The position numbers and the translations under genes were made by a program. Shown in pieces: positions 24,591 to 37,007 of a stretch of 64,000 nucleotides of DNA. The notes beneath the pieces are model-generated. The model was not told the origin of the DNA, searched no databases, and saw nothing but the letters and a program-made list of their open reading frames with translations. Source of the DNA: Lobosporangium transversale (taxonomy: Eukaryota); assembly GCF_002105155.1 (NCBI RefSeq), contig NW_019028992.1, positions 124,001 to 188,000 on the forward strand. Direction: 5' to 3'. Each line of letters begins with the position of its first letter. The first letter of the stretch is position 1.

Positions 24591-26876
24591 ATCTTACTTC
24601 CGCGCTTCCATCAAGTGCAACCGATCTCGGGTTAGGCCGTCCGGATCTAGGGACAAGGTCTTTCTCGAATGAGTCGTAGCTATTTTTGCTAGCAATAGTG
24701 AACGCTAATTGTCCATAACAGTTCATAGTGGCCTTGCCGCTTGATAATAAATCAGCAAACGAGGTTTGTCCTCTGATATACGTTGAAGCAAATGCTTTAT
24801 CTTTGGAAACACTCCAAAGTACATCTGTATCCTTCCAAAGGATTGATGTTGCATCTTTATCATGCTGTGTGAGGACATGGAGCGGCACAAACGGCCTGCG
24901 CATATCAAAAATTTGTACTGCAGACTCATCCTTAAAACTCGCCGCAAGCTGATAGGGCTTATGTGGACGCCACTGAACTTTGGAAGTGTATTGGGCCGTA
25001 GGAATGGTGTGGATTTCTCTTCGTTTCTCGTCTTCCATATCCCAGACCTGATACGTAAATATCGGCACGATGAAAAAAATGAGTTTCGATAATCCATCGA
25101 GGTTTTTCCTGTAGACAGGCTTCAGTAGAATAATATGCTCAAAAATACATACTTTGATTGTTCTGTCACGCCCGCCGCTAGCTAAGAACCGGCCACTTGG
25201 ATGGTAATCCAATGATGTGACAAAACCCATATGTGCCATAAATTTTTTTTCGCTTGTGCTCACATTGCGCAAGTCCCATCGCTAGTTGTGAACGCAGAAG
25301 CACAGAACGTCAGTCATACACTCAATAGCCATAGCTTTCGCAGCACCAGGAATACTTTTTTTTTTTTTTTTTTTTTTTTTTCACCTGTATATTTCCGCTT
25401 TCATATCCAGCTACAATGTCATTCATAGATACAGGGTTAAATTGAACTTCTCTCACAACGTCTTTTGCATCCATGATTATTCCCGGCCGATCGCGAATCC
25501 GGAGGTCCTGATGTTGTATATAGAAATGTGGAAAGGTCAATAACAATCCATCTTGCAACAATACTCTTCCATATCTTCTCCATGAATCCACTGAAATGCT
25601 GCTTACCCAGAGACGGATGGTGGAATCTGACGATGCGCTCAATAGAAGGTTAGGCTCCTGTGGTGAAAAGCATATACGATGAACGGATCGTGGGTGCTCT
25701 TTGATTATGCGATCTAATCGATAATTTCATCAAGTTTAGGAGCGAAGGATTTGAGTGTCCTGGTTGTTAACCATTGGTTATTAGTCGCAGGCCTATAAGA
25801 ACTATTATCGAGGTTATTTACCGATCTTGTTGTGCGTGCCGATATCCCAGATGAAAATCGGCCCATTCGTGCCAGTTGTAGCAATTTTGGCATCTCGTCC
25901 TAATAGCGCCATATTATGCATACCAACCGTGAGACTTCATCATCCACAATCCAGACTCATCCCTTCTGGGATGAGGGAAAAATAAAATAAAATAAAAATA
26001 AAATCGCTTCACATGGAAGCTAATTTATTCTCTGTTTACCCGTCGTTGGGCCCCATTTAACATCCATGCTCCCTGTAGGAGCATTCCGGCCGACCGCAGC
26101 CTTGAGGTTGATCATTTCCTCCGCTCCACTATCTGTGACGCTTAAAATTTTAATTACTGCATATGAATGGTTTACAAATAGAAAGAGAATAGTTAGGAAA
26201 AGGCACCACGCTTCATTGTTATGACTTGATAGTTGAAGTACGAGTTTGCCTTACCATCACGGCCCACTACCGCCACCATAGAATAATCCGGTGATGCTGA
26301 CAAAGCCGAGAGCGCGCCATTCGTATCGAACTTAAAGGTGCGAACGTTGCTTGCCTGTGCACCGCCCGCTCCAGTAAAAGGCTGCTGAGTAATTCCAGTC
26401 CCTGATCCCTGTAAGGTCCCTGACATTGTTCCTATCCCTACGCCTGGGTTCCCCGTTGCTGAGCTTATACTTGAGCCTCCTGTCAGGGTTGAAGAAGAAG
26501 TCATGCCTGTAGAAACATTGGTTGTTTGTGTGGAAGTTGTGGTAGGGGTTAACGTCACTGGACTTGCTAATGCAGCCGACGTGCCGGATGCAACAGTCAA
26601 GATGGTGGATCCTGATCCTGATGTCGATCCGACACCTGGCCCTTGTCCTTGCCCATGAGACTGTCCTTGACTTTGTCCATGGCTCTGTCCTGATCCCTGT
26701 GTTCCCGATCCTTTGGGCGAAGGCCGATGACGAGCATTGACGGGTCTACTCTCTGTGCTACTTGGACTGCCTAAACGTTGCGTGACGGGAAACGCGGTAG
26801 TAGTGGAAGTAACAGTACCCACGTAATATGGGATAGTGGGATCCTTCCGCAGCTTGAGCATGTCCCTGTTCATCAT
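23178..26876 (-). CDS. WDR24: GATOR2/SEACAT subunit WDR24/Rtc1 (Sea2): WD40 plus C-terminal zinc/RING module, multi-exon
   Basis: WD40 repeats (VREVQFNP, WDLRN, LASGGRD.TIKVWD, IFDMRRPFVP), GEVQMCVT..LVL, WF.SYIDLLSRFKLW and terminal CSVCHMTVRG...CSHGFHLQHAQEWF...CPTGCGH. Confidence 0.88.
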
Positions 26877-27388
26877 GATGCAAAGCAAATTTAGGACTCT
26901 TCTCTAGACTTGCAAGTGGAAGGATTAGCCCATGGACAATCGCCCACAATTTACAAAAAAAGGTGTGACTGCTTCTTAGCACATGAAGAGCAGAATGAAG
27001 CGATCTCTTCGTTGGCTCCATTGTAGAGAAACCGGATACAATCGAGGGAACAAGGAGAGATACAAGGAGAGAACCGGGAGAAGAGTAAAAACAGGAGCTC
27101 GAAAGGCTAGAAACATCGATACATCTTTTGCTCCCATTTCTTATAAGCTTCCATTCATCATGACTTTACCAGACAGGGAACTTGTCGAAGATACAGCACA
27201 GCTGAATTTGGGGCGGGAGCGAGAGTTAAGTGCTACCAAAAGAACGTAAGATACCTTGCATCATTTAAAAGAAGTTTCTCATTAAGCAATGAGCATAGGG
27301 ATACGTATATGAATGTATGGAGTCATGCAATGTTAGTTGAATCTTTGAGTTATAATACTGTGCTTATATATATATTTATGGTATCAGC

Positions 27389-28372
27389 ATGTCTGCCATG
27401 GCAGCTACACATACTCACGTCGGGATGAACCCTAACAGGATACGACCAACCGAAGATATCTTTAATGCCGACGATCCGCATATTCGCGAGGCAAGTTTTT
27501 TTTTTTTTTTTTTTTTTTTTCTTATGAGAGAAATAAACGCTCTTTATATTTTAGTTATCAAGTAGTTAAACGCTCATTGGGTCTCAAATTTAGGATATTA
27601 TCCGCATGATAATGCAGTATCTCTCAGATGAAGGCTATTATGCTTCGCAAATGACGATTCAAGACGAGTCAAATGTGAAGTGGCATGAGCGGGAGGAAAA
27701 CACACACGAGACGCGTCGCTTGAAGAAAGCCATTATTGGTAACGATTACTTTTGACTACAAGGTTTGAATTACATACGTGGTCGTGAACTTTTACCGAAC
27801 TCCTTGCTTTTACTTCTTGAAATTATCTAGATGGAGAATGGGCTGAAGTTGACAAGATCTGTTCAAAACCACTGTTCAAAAACCAAAAGAGCTTCTTGTT
27901 TGCGGTATACAAGCAGCAATACCTTGAATACATTGAGCATCGTGAGATGCAAAAGGTAGAACACTCTCATTAATGTCTTAACATTAACAAAAATAGCATT
28001 AAGGATATATTTCTATAATTTTTTTTTTCTTAGCATCGTTAGATGTTCGACTAACAGCATCACTATCAAATATATAGGCGTTCACATTTCTTCAAAAGCG
28101 CCTCAAACCTCTGGAGCAGCACCAGAAAACACCGATCGAATTTAAGGACCTCTGCTATCTCCTCACTACAAAATCTATCCATGATGCACCATCCTTCAAG
28201 AATTGGGAAGGTATCGCACAAGGCAGAGACAGGCTTGTCGAGCAATTCCAGAGCATGCTTGATGTCGAAAACTCTGTAAAGGATGGTATGCACTTTTTTT
28301 TTTAAAAAAAAAAAATACACTTCTACTATAAAGTAATGGCAAAATAGTGATTAGATAACTAAACTATTGTGG

Positions 28373-28416
<44 letters not shown>

Positions 28417-29923
28417 GGCTCAGTGTATGTCCCGCCCAACCGTTTGCTCAACTTACTTCGTCAAGCCGTTGCATACCAGATCGAAGTTTCCCGGTATCAC
28501 CCACGGATTTCACCCATTGTTGAAACACTCCTTCAAGATTTTTCGCCTTTTGTCATCCCAAATGCAACCAGAACAATCATGCAGGGCCACCGTGGAAATG
28601 TAAAATGTGCAGAGTTTGTGGGCATCGAAGGCCGCTCTATCGTTTCAGGGTCTAGGTATGGGATCCTTTATTTATAGAGGCGTTTTTCTCTTTATTAATC
28701 AGATACCTGTATATGTACAATGTGCTTGATTCTATTAATCCTACTGATGCCTCATGGGATGTATAATTGATTATACGGTATAGCGATAATACTCTACGCG
28801 TCTGGGACACAGAAACAGGAAACTGTCTTCATATCCTAGGGGGACACTCGTCCAGGATATGGGACGTCTCATCTAATGATGCCGGTACAACCATCGCCAG
28901 CGCTAGTGGTGATTCAACAGTCAAGATCTGGGATATCAAGGGGTCTAAAGCATCTTGTCGTGCTACTCTGACTGGCCATTCTGGTGACGTATACACTGTC
29001 AAATATGGTCCTTCTAATGTATGCTAGTGATGAATATGTATGTTTATCTGGCAAGTTACCTATTCTGAAGACTAGCCAAAGCTAGAGTCGCTCACCCACC
29101 TTTTATCTGTCTTTTAGAACTATGTTGTATCTGGTGGATACGACAAGATTGTTCGACTGCATGACTTGGCGACTGGACAGGTTATAAAGACCTTTAGTGG
29201 GCACCAACTTGCTGTGTCCAAAGTCATTCTCAATCCTATTGGTAACCTGATCGTTAGTGGATCTAAAGATAATACGATCAAATTCTGGGACTTGGTATCA
29301 GGCGTTTGTATTAAGACGATCACATCACACCTTGGAGAGGTCACGTCAGTGGCCATGAACTCGAATGGTACCCTTCTCCTTAGTAGCTCTAAAGATAACT
29401 CTAATCGTCTTTGGGATGTCCGTATGGTAAAGACAAGATCATAAAACTAGACATTTTGCATCTGTTTTAGCCTTGTTGTTCTTATTCCTTTATCCTTACT
29501 AATAACTTTATAATTAGACACGTCCACTCCGGAAGTTGAAGGGCCACCAAAATACGTCAAAGAATTTTATCCGTGCAGGATTTGCTCACAACTCATTGTT
29601 AGTAGGAGGGTCCGAGGATGGCCTCGTGTACATTTGGGATCAAGAGTCTGGCGACATTCTCCAGAAGTTACAGGGACATGAGGCAATGGTTTATAACGCC
29701 GTATGGTCACCGAAGCAGAGCATGTTTGTGAGCTCTAGTGATGACCGAACAGTCCGGACCTGGTATTATGATGGTATAGTTTTTTCTGTTTTCAAAATAT
29801 ACTTTTAGTTTTGTTTTTTGCATTTTTAATTTAGGCGTCCCACTTCTTGTACTAACTTTGTGATATTTCTTTGTTTCTCTTTTCGTTCGTTGTGTTGGGA
29901 ATATAGAAAAACGTGCGTTGTAA
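27389..29923 (+). CDS. LisH-CTLH-WD40 protein (WDR26/GID7, SMU1, WDR47 or TOPLESS-type architecture), multi-exon, first intron GC-AG
   Basis: LisH EDIIRMIMQYLSDEGYYASQMTIQDES, CTLH RRLKKAIIDGEWAEVDK, KQQYLEYIE and VPPNRLLNLLRQAVAYQ, followed by about seven GH...WD repeats. The last exon encodes EKRAL-stop at 29921-29923. The start could instead be 27398 or 27425. Confidence 0.8.
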
Positions 29924-30122
29924 TAAAAGTTGATTCTGATGCTCTAAGAAATATGTCGCATGTATGTTAGCTTTTGCTCCCATAATGAGTGTGTTCGGAG
30001 TACAAGCGCACTTTTTTTTTTTTTTTTTTTTTTTTCAATATTTTCAAGTTATACATTCTATCTTGTTTATGTTGTTTTATGATTAACCTAACAATTGCCA
30101 CGTGAAATCAATTTGTTGCAGA

Positions 30123-31753
30123 TCAGGTAATGTATTGGGCAGCAGCTGGTTGCGATAGAAACCAATCCATCACTGAGCGGTGGATGTCATCGTCATTTGA
30201 CCGCCTATCGTTATGGCTACATCTTTCCGTTTCACTAGATAAGGATAATGTAGAGCCAAATGAGCTCTCGTCAGCATAGCTCCGTGGCTGATGGAAGGTC
30301 GCTATATCCAGAGAGGGTAATGTCAGCAGAGGATTATATGGCCAATCCAATGGATGGCTCAACGCACTGAGCTTTGCTAGCCGTGAGAGCTCCATAATAG
30401 CAGTGTATCCAGCACAGGCTACAAGGATTGCTCCAACAATAGTCAGATATACACGCGAGAAAGTCGCCATAACTTGCCACACAATCGCTATCATATCACC
30501 CTGGAGAGCCTTGAAATGAAGGCGATCCGCATACGCCGGCATAAGCCGTTGTGTTAGAATTCTGACATCGCTGTAAGAAAATGTAATCAATCCACGGCCC
30601 CAGACTTGCTTTAGTGCCAAAATAACTTCGAGATACGAGAGAAAACCATCAAATTCTGGCTCGCTGACATATAGTTTATATTGTAGATGTCCAAGAAAGC
30701 GTCGTTCCAGAGTGTTTAATTCCGATGTAGTATATCGGCCACGGGAGAAGTCGGCCCATTCAGCGTTGGAGAATGTTGCATCAAAGAGATATTTATCAGC
30801 GCAAATGACAGAGACCAAAAACAGCGAAACACTTGACCAAGACTCTTGTTTTTGCTTCGTACTATTACTGTTGCCACTGTCGTTGCCACTGTTCGTTCCT
30901 ACACTTGCGTCAGTAGAATTGCTGCTGCCAATGCTCTGCGGCGTTAAAATAGATGTTGAGGAGGATGGAGAAGTTGCTGTAGAGGATGAGCAGGAAGATG
31001 TGACACTGCTCATTACGACCTCTCTGTCTTCTCGGGAGATTTCTATCATAGCAGGAAAGGTATTTGAATTGGAGCTGTGGTCATAATCAGGGCCTTGATC
31101 AAGTTTCGTCCTGCGCTTCATTACTCGTGCCAGTCGTGCTTTGAAACGATCAATATAAATGAGTGCCAGAACCAAAGTAGTGCATGACAATTGTGTCCGC
31201 TTTAGAATACGCTGAATAAAGTAAAAAGCATCACTTTCATCATCCATAGTAGTTGTATACAGCCCTTTGTCTTCCTGGTATTGTTGATTATCAGTGTCTG
31301 AAGTTTGGTACATTTGACCACCAAATAAAGAAAGTTCCCTGCCAGAAATCATGGAAGTAAAAATTGCAGCTGCGAGGTCTATTTCCCGAAAAAAGTAAGT
31401 TAGGAAAATAAATCGTTTACCACAGCACTCAACATAAATGGATTCAAAGTTTCAGATGACTAGCTAACCTATGAGGTTTAACGGAATTCGTGTGAATTCG
31501 TCTCGAGCATATCCATTGCCTTTGAGGTGGTCTAGAAAACTAGTGTACTCGCGCAGAGGTTCTGCATACTAGGGCAAGCAGGGAACGGATTGATTGACAT
31601 ATGTAAAGAAATGAGTAACATGATCTCTAAGAAAGAGTAAAACAGAAAACGCATTGTTCTCTTTACCGTTGTATCAGACATGAGAATGCGAGCCTTGTCT
31701 CGAATGGATTGCTCCTTGCGAGAATGTTTCCTTTTGCGTTGTTTTGAGGCCAT
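30123..31753 (-). CDS. Pho80/Pcl-type cyclin with C-terminal TM helix (CNPPD1-like); exons 31753-31667, 31568-31469, 31378-30123
   Basis: Cyclin box: LVLALIYIDR, LFLVSVICADKYLFD, NAEWA, ELNTLERRFL. It is followed by WGRG..FSYSD and hydrophobic VYLTIVGAILVACAGYTAIM. Confidence 0.8.
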
Positions 31754-32033
31754 CGAGAAGTGGAAGCTACTTTGTAAATGTCTTTATCAAGGAAACAGAT
31801 GCGAAAGGGAAAGAAAGTGAAGGATGTAATGTTATCTAAGCTAGGATTTTTAACAGGTAATAAGTGAGTGAAGGAATATGAAGGAAAGAAACATATTCTG
31901 TTCATTGTGTTCACACGAGGTTTATTCTAATGGAATGCAAAGAGAAGAGTCTTCACACATTGCACGTGGTGTAAATATGCAATCATTGAAGAATGAGAAC
32001 TTTCATTTTCATCACTTCTGCGGTTTTCCTGCC

Positions 32034-33644
32034 ATGCCTGCACTTTCAACCCAGACTCGATCTCAGCTCAAAGACCGCATCCGCGGTTGTCTATTGGGAT
32101 CCGCAGTGGGCGATGCTTATGGCCTGGCAACTGAATTCATGACCACTGACCAGGCTGCCTGTGTTTATGGGAATGGTCCCATTGCTTTTGGTCGAGAACC
32201 AGGGTAAGGTGACAAACCAATTTTTTTTTTTCTTTTCACAAAACTCATGTTGTCCATATTACTCCGATTACTATGGTAGATATCCTGTTTGGATAGATGG
32301 TCATCGGTCCGCCTCTGATAGCAATGACTTTACGGACGACACAGACCAAATGCTTGTTATCCTTCAATCTCTGGAACATACCGCCGATGGTAGATTACAC
32401 CCCATCCACTTCTCCAAGGCGTTGCGTGAGTGGGTCGAATACGGTATTCCTGAGATTGGGACAGATCCTGGCCGTGGACTTGGTTACACTGTAGGACAAG
32501 TCTTGCGACACCCAACGTTCACCTCCAATCCTCATCGTGCTGCTTACGAGGTAGTTGTTATTCTACTCTGGTTTTATAAACGTGTCACTGTCCAATATGT
32601 GCAAACGACTTAATGTTTGATATTTTGATAAAAAAAAAGGTTTGGGACTCTGCAGGACGCAACTTGGCACCCAATGGCGCCGTGATGCGAACAGCTGTTT
32701 TAGGCATTGAATCCTTTTGGGACGAGCCACGCGTCGTGGAGAACGCTCTAGCAGCTGCAAAGGTCACTCATGCAGACCCGCGCTCTGTGCTGAGTGCTCT
32801 TCTTTCATCCGTGCTAATATCACGCCTTCTTCGAAATAGTAGTAACGACTCTAAACATGACAAATTAACGCCCTGGAATCCTAAACTCTCGGACCCAACA
32901 TATCGGCAAGGGCTTCTTGCCTATCTGCAACGTGGAACAGACCTTGGAGGTAGTAATTCTATCAATCCCATTTATGAAGATGAGACGGCAGCAAATCAAT
33001 TTCAACCAAAAGACTACAATGCGTTAGCCCAAAATCGACAGAGAAATGTGAATGAAAGAGCGTGCGCTACAAGCCGATCACAAACAAACAAGGATCGTCC
33101 ACAAGTTATTCTTCGCTCAGATATTGGTTGGTCGGGTATTGATCATGTGGGTGAAGATGAAGCCATGGGCGCATTGGCTAGGTCTGTGCTGAGAGATTAT
33201 ATATTTATGATCAAAGAGACAAATGTCGTCCCTGAAAATGATGGAGAGAATATACAAGATGTCTGGGCTCAAGAATTGGAAAGACATTGTTTTCCAAGAG
33301 ACATGGGACAATTGAATCTGGGTTGTTCTAGTGCGATGGGATATGCTTTAAAGTGCATTGGGATAGCCTACTACGGCGCTACTCGAAGTGAGGATCCGTC
33401 CCCGAGAACAAAAGAGTATACCGGTCCCTCTGGTCTCTTCCGTGGAATCATGGAGCAGGTCACTTTAGAGGCTGGTGATGCTGATACTAACGGTGCTGTT
33501 TTAGGTTCATTATTGGGGACACGTTTTGGGCTTGAAAAAGGTATTCCAGAGGGTTGGTGGACTGAGCTCCGGCATCTTAACTGGCTTGAAGAGACAATTG
33601 ACAGATATGCAGAGCGCGTTCTGGATAGCTATGAACGCCAATAA
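32034..33644 (+). CDS. ADP-ribosylglycohydrolase (ARH/DraG family), 3 exons
   Basis: IRGCLLGSAVGDAYG, FTDDTDQ, NGAVMR, KVTHADPR and GDADTNGA; metal-binding motifs are intact. Confidence 0.9.
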
Positions 33645-33757
33645 ATTGAAGTAAATGCTTTCTTTTTTTAAAAAAAAAATATTATTGTTAAAGTGATTAA
33701 GCTGTAAAACAAATATTATTAAATGATTAGGCTACAAAACAAATTAAGAGCATTATT

Positions 33758-35327
33758 CTAAGCTGTGCGATCCCATGGTTTTGTAATGACTTGAAGAATA
33801 GCCCTATCAAAAGCCGGTGGATTGTCGAGATAGAGATGATGGCCTGCATTAGGGATTCTCATTAAAGCAGTCGGTACATTCATTGTTTTCCTGGCTTTCT
33901 CGGCAGCTTTGTAGTCCATCCAGTCGCTTTCTCCGTCTATCGAGCCATTTACAAAATCGAGACGATGTTAATAAGTTGCACTTATATTAGTCGTTCAAAA
34001 ATCGAGGATTATGAGATGAGCAAAAAAAAAGACCAACATACATAAAAAGACTGTAGGCATTTTAATGTCCTTCATTCGGTTCATAAGGGGCCAGCGGGCA
34101 TATGCACCTGGCGCTAGGATGGTTGCAAGTGCATATTCGCCACTACCACTCTTGGAAGAAATATGATAGATGTAATTATTCAAGTCTCTTTGCTCATCCT
34201 CTTCAAGGTACGCAAACCGGCGAGACGTGTAAGCAGCAACGAGTGAAGGGCCAAATGGTCCTGTAAAGCGCATAATGGACTGTGGGGTAATGTTGCGCTC
34301 CCACGCTCCCATCGCGAGTCTCCGTATCCAAGTGGTTGATGGGGTTGCGGAGGAGGCGGCCTTAGGGCCATTCTGAACCTGGGCACTTGTCTCTTCTGAA
34401 GTACCATCCTGCGAGGGTGGATTCGGAAGAGGGGCACTTTGTGCTGCCGGATTTTCTGGAATACCAACTGTCAAAAACAAAATAGACAAAATAGGTGATG
34501 GCATTTTAGAATCACCATTGGTGTAGTTTCCTGGGTTCACGTGATCTGGTCATCATCAGCTCCTTACCTGGACTGACAAGAACTAGCTTTTCAACTCTCT
34601 GGGGATACTTTAGGGCATAAGCCGTCGAGAGATAACCTCCTAATGAATGTCCAACAAGAACCATCTTTTCAATTCGTTGAATTTGTCGCCATTCTTCCAA
34701 TCCCTCAATGAAAAAGTCTTCGGAGTTCCTGACGACTTCCTTCATCGATGACTTGGATGTGTGCTTGAATTTGAAGTCGGGTCGAGAGCTACCCCCCATC
34801 CCCAACCAATCAATAGCATAAACCTTAGAGTTGGGTATTTGACTCAAGCTGAGGTAGTTGCGAAAAAAGAAGCCTAATCCAGCGCCATAGCCATGGCAGA
34901 CCACAATAGCTCGCTCACCTGGTGCGGGTGGCGAGATCATGGATGTATCATCTTTATCTGTGGCTGTCTTCATATCAAGATTTGTCTGAGCAATAGGAGT
35001 GCGTCCTTGATCGTCTGTTTCCATGTCCTTACGTTCGATTCCTTCATTTGAAGTATCAACAGCAGCAGGATTGGAGTTTTGATGGATGATGAGTGTGTTT
35101 ATGAGGCGGTTCTTGCCAGAGAGTTGAACAAGACCCACACGGGCCACTGTAGATGATTTTTCCGCATCAGAGGAGGCGACACCTTTAAATGAGAAGAATT
35201 GAAGTCGAGAGAGTAAACGAGCTTCCGCGATCTGAGCTTGTTCCTTATTTGATCGACCCCACCATGTCTGGAAGGCACCCCAGCGGGAAAAGAGTTCAGG
35301 AGCAGGAGGAAGAGATTCCGCGGGCAT
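33758..35327 (-). CDS. Alpha/beta hydrolase of the CLD1/ICT1/ABHD4-5 family, 3 exons
   Basis: HGYGAGLGFF, DWLGMGGSSRP, nucleophile GHSLGG and SGSGEYAL. The last exon encodes YGESDWMD...AGHHLYLDNP (HX4D motif). Confidence 0.88.
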
Positions 35328-35858
35328 GATTAGGAAGCGGAATCGGGGACGGACGAGAAGGCGTGAAATGGCGGCGATGGTGATGATAATTAAATAACAA
35401 TAAGAATATATAGAAAAGAATTTGCCTAAAGGAATAGATATCGATGGATCAAGACCAGTAGAGTAACAAGCTGAAAAAAAGACGAAGACGAAGAAGTAGA
35501 AAAGGTGGAAGGAGACAAAGGCGGTAGAAATCGAAGTCGAAGAAGAAAAAGATAAAGAAGACAAAAAGCCGAAGGAGATGTATTTATTTGGATTCAGTAG
35601 AATAGGAATGTAGAAAGGCCTTTTTTTTCCTTTTTAAAAATGCAGATGCCAAACACACGCAATCGATCGTTTTTTTTTTTTTTTTTATCTGTGTTATTGT
35701 ATTATTATAATAATTATTAAATAACTACTATTAATATCATAGACTGAATTGAACTAAAATATGATTTTGTAAAGAAAAATGCTTACATCTGATTCATCAG
35801 ATTTGCATTCTTTGTTGCATTCTAGTCTAGTTCATTGTCGTCATTCAACGATTTAGTC

Positions 35859-36704
35859 ATGCCTCGTCGCGCTCAGGATCCTATAGCAGAGCACTCTGAT
35901 TCGCTATGTGAATATATGAATGGACATCCAACGACAGTTCTTGCATATGCTCGTTACTTTGGAGAATATCCTACTGCCACAAAAGCAACTATGACAAGTA
36001 TTGATCAGGACGGATTCGATATAATTTGTGAAGATAGTGGTGAGGAAAGAGAAGTCAGAGTCACCTTTGGCCAATCCATGTTCGCTGTTGGTCAGGTCAA
36101 ACATACACTCACAACTCTTGCGAAAGAAGCAGAAATTGCGTTACGTGGAAGAGATTCAAGCAATCAGGTACTTTATATGAAATAATGGCAAGATTCCTAC
36201 AGCAGTGTTTAATATATAAAAGTGCCGAAAAGTGAGAGAGATAACTACTCGATGTATTTATATTGACAATGAGCTTGATTTGTTTCCAAACTAAATCGGT
36301 CATCCACCCATTTATTAATCTTTATTTAGGGATTGATGCCTGATAGCCCATCAGCAACACTTCCGGAAGGCAATCTGCTGTCAACGCTGCTCCTTATAGG
36401 AGGATTGACAGCATTCTATCTTGAATTTTACCCCAATACAACAAATTCTTTCTTACAATGGATTTTAAAGACTGTTGGTGCTGCTTGGATTCATCGCTTA
36501 GTGTTGTTGATCACGGGATTGCACTGTTTTGAATCACTAGTCTCACTCTATTTCACTGTAATCGTGGGCAATGGCTTCTTCAGTTTACTTGACATTATTC
36601 AGTGGTTCATCTTGATTTCCCTCTTTGGCTACCCCTGTTTATTCCATCTTATCGCGTTGGCGAACCGGCAACGAAACAAGCAAAGCAAGCAAAAAACAAA
36701 TTAA
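35859..36704 (+). CDS. DUF2470-domain protein with C-terminal TM helices; exons 35859-36167 and 36330-36704
   Basis: The N-domain LCEYMNGHP...LAYARYFG...ATMTSIDQDGFDI...EVRVTF resembles DUF2470. The C-part has three hydrophobic segments including LHCFE and W...SLFGYP. Confidence 0.7.
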
Positions 36705-37007
36705 AATATTCTCGATATTTTATATCCTAATCATAGTGTACTTATTTGCTCCGGCTGATACTTGGTCTCTGAGATATGTAAACTAAACCAGAACATTGGT
36801 TCGGCCAAGCCAACGACAGCGCCTTCACCAAACTTGGCATGGGAGCACTTTTAGTTTTAGCTCATATACGATTACTTAACATTTGGGTATCAGCAGAAAA
36901 TCGCTGTGGCTGTCTTTAACAGTCACAATATTGAATAAAAAAAACGTCTCTCTGTTGCCACTTTTTTTCTTTCCAAACTCGATTCTAATCATTTATTGTA
37001 TACTCAG

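Noticed and set aside
31478..31753. Apparent spliced uORF ahead of the cyclin using the acceptor near 31532
   Set aside because: The acceptor at 31569-31570 joins exon 1 in frame with the cyclin CDS, so no uORF is needed.
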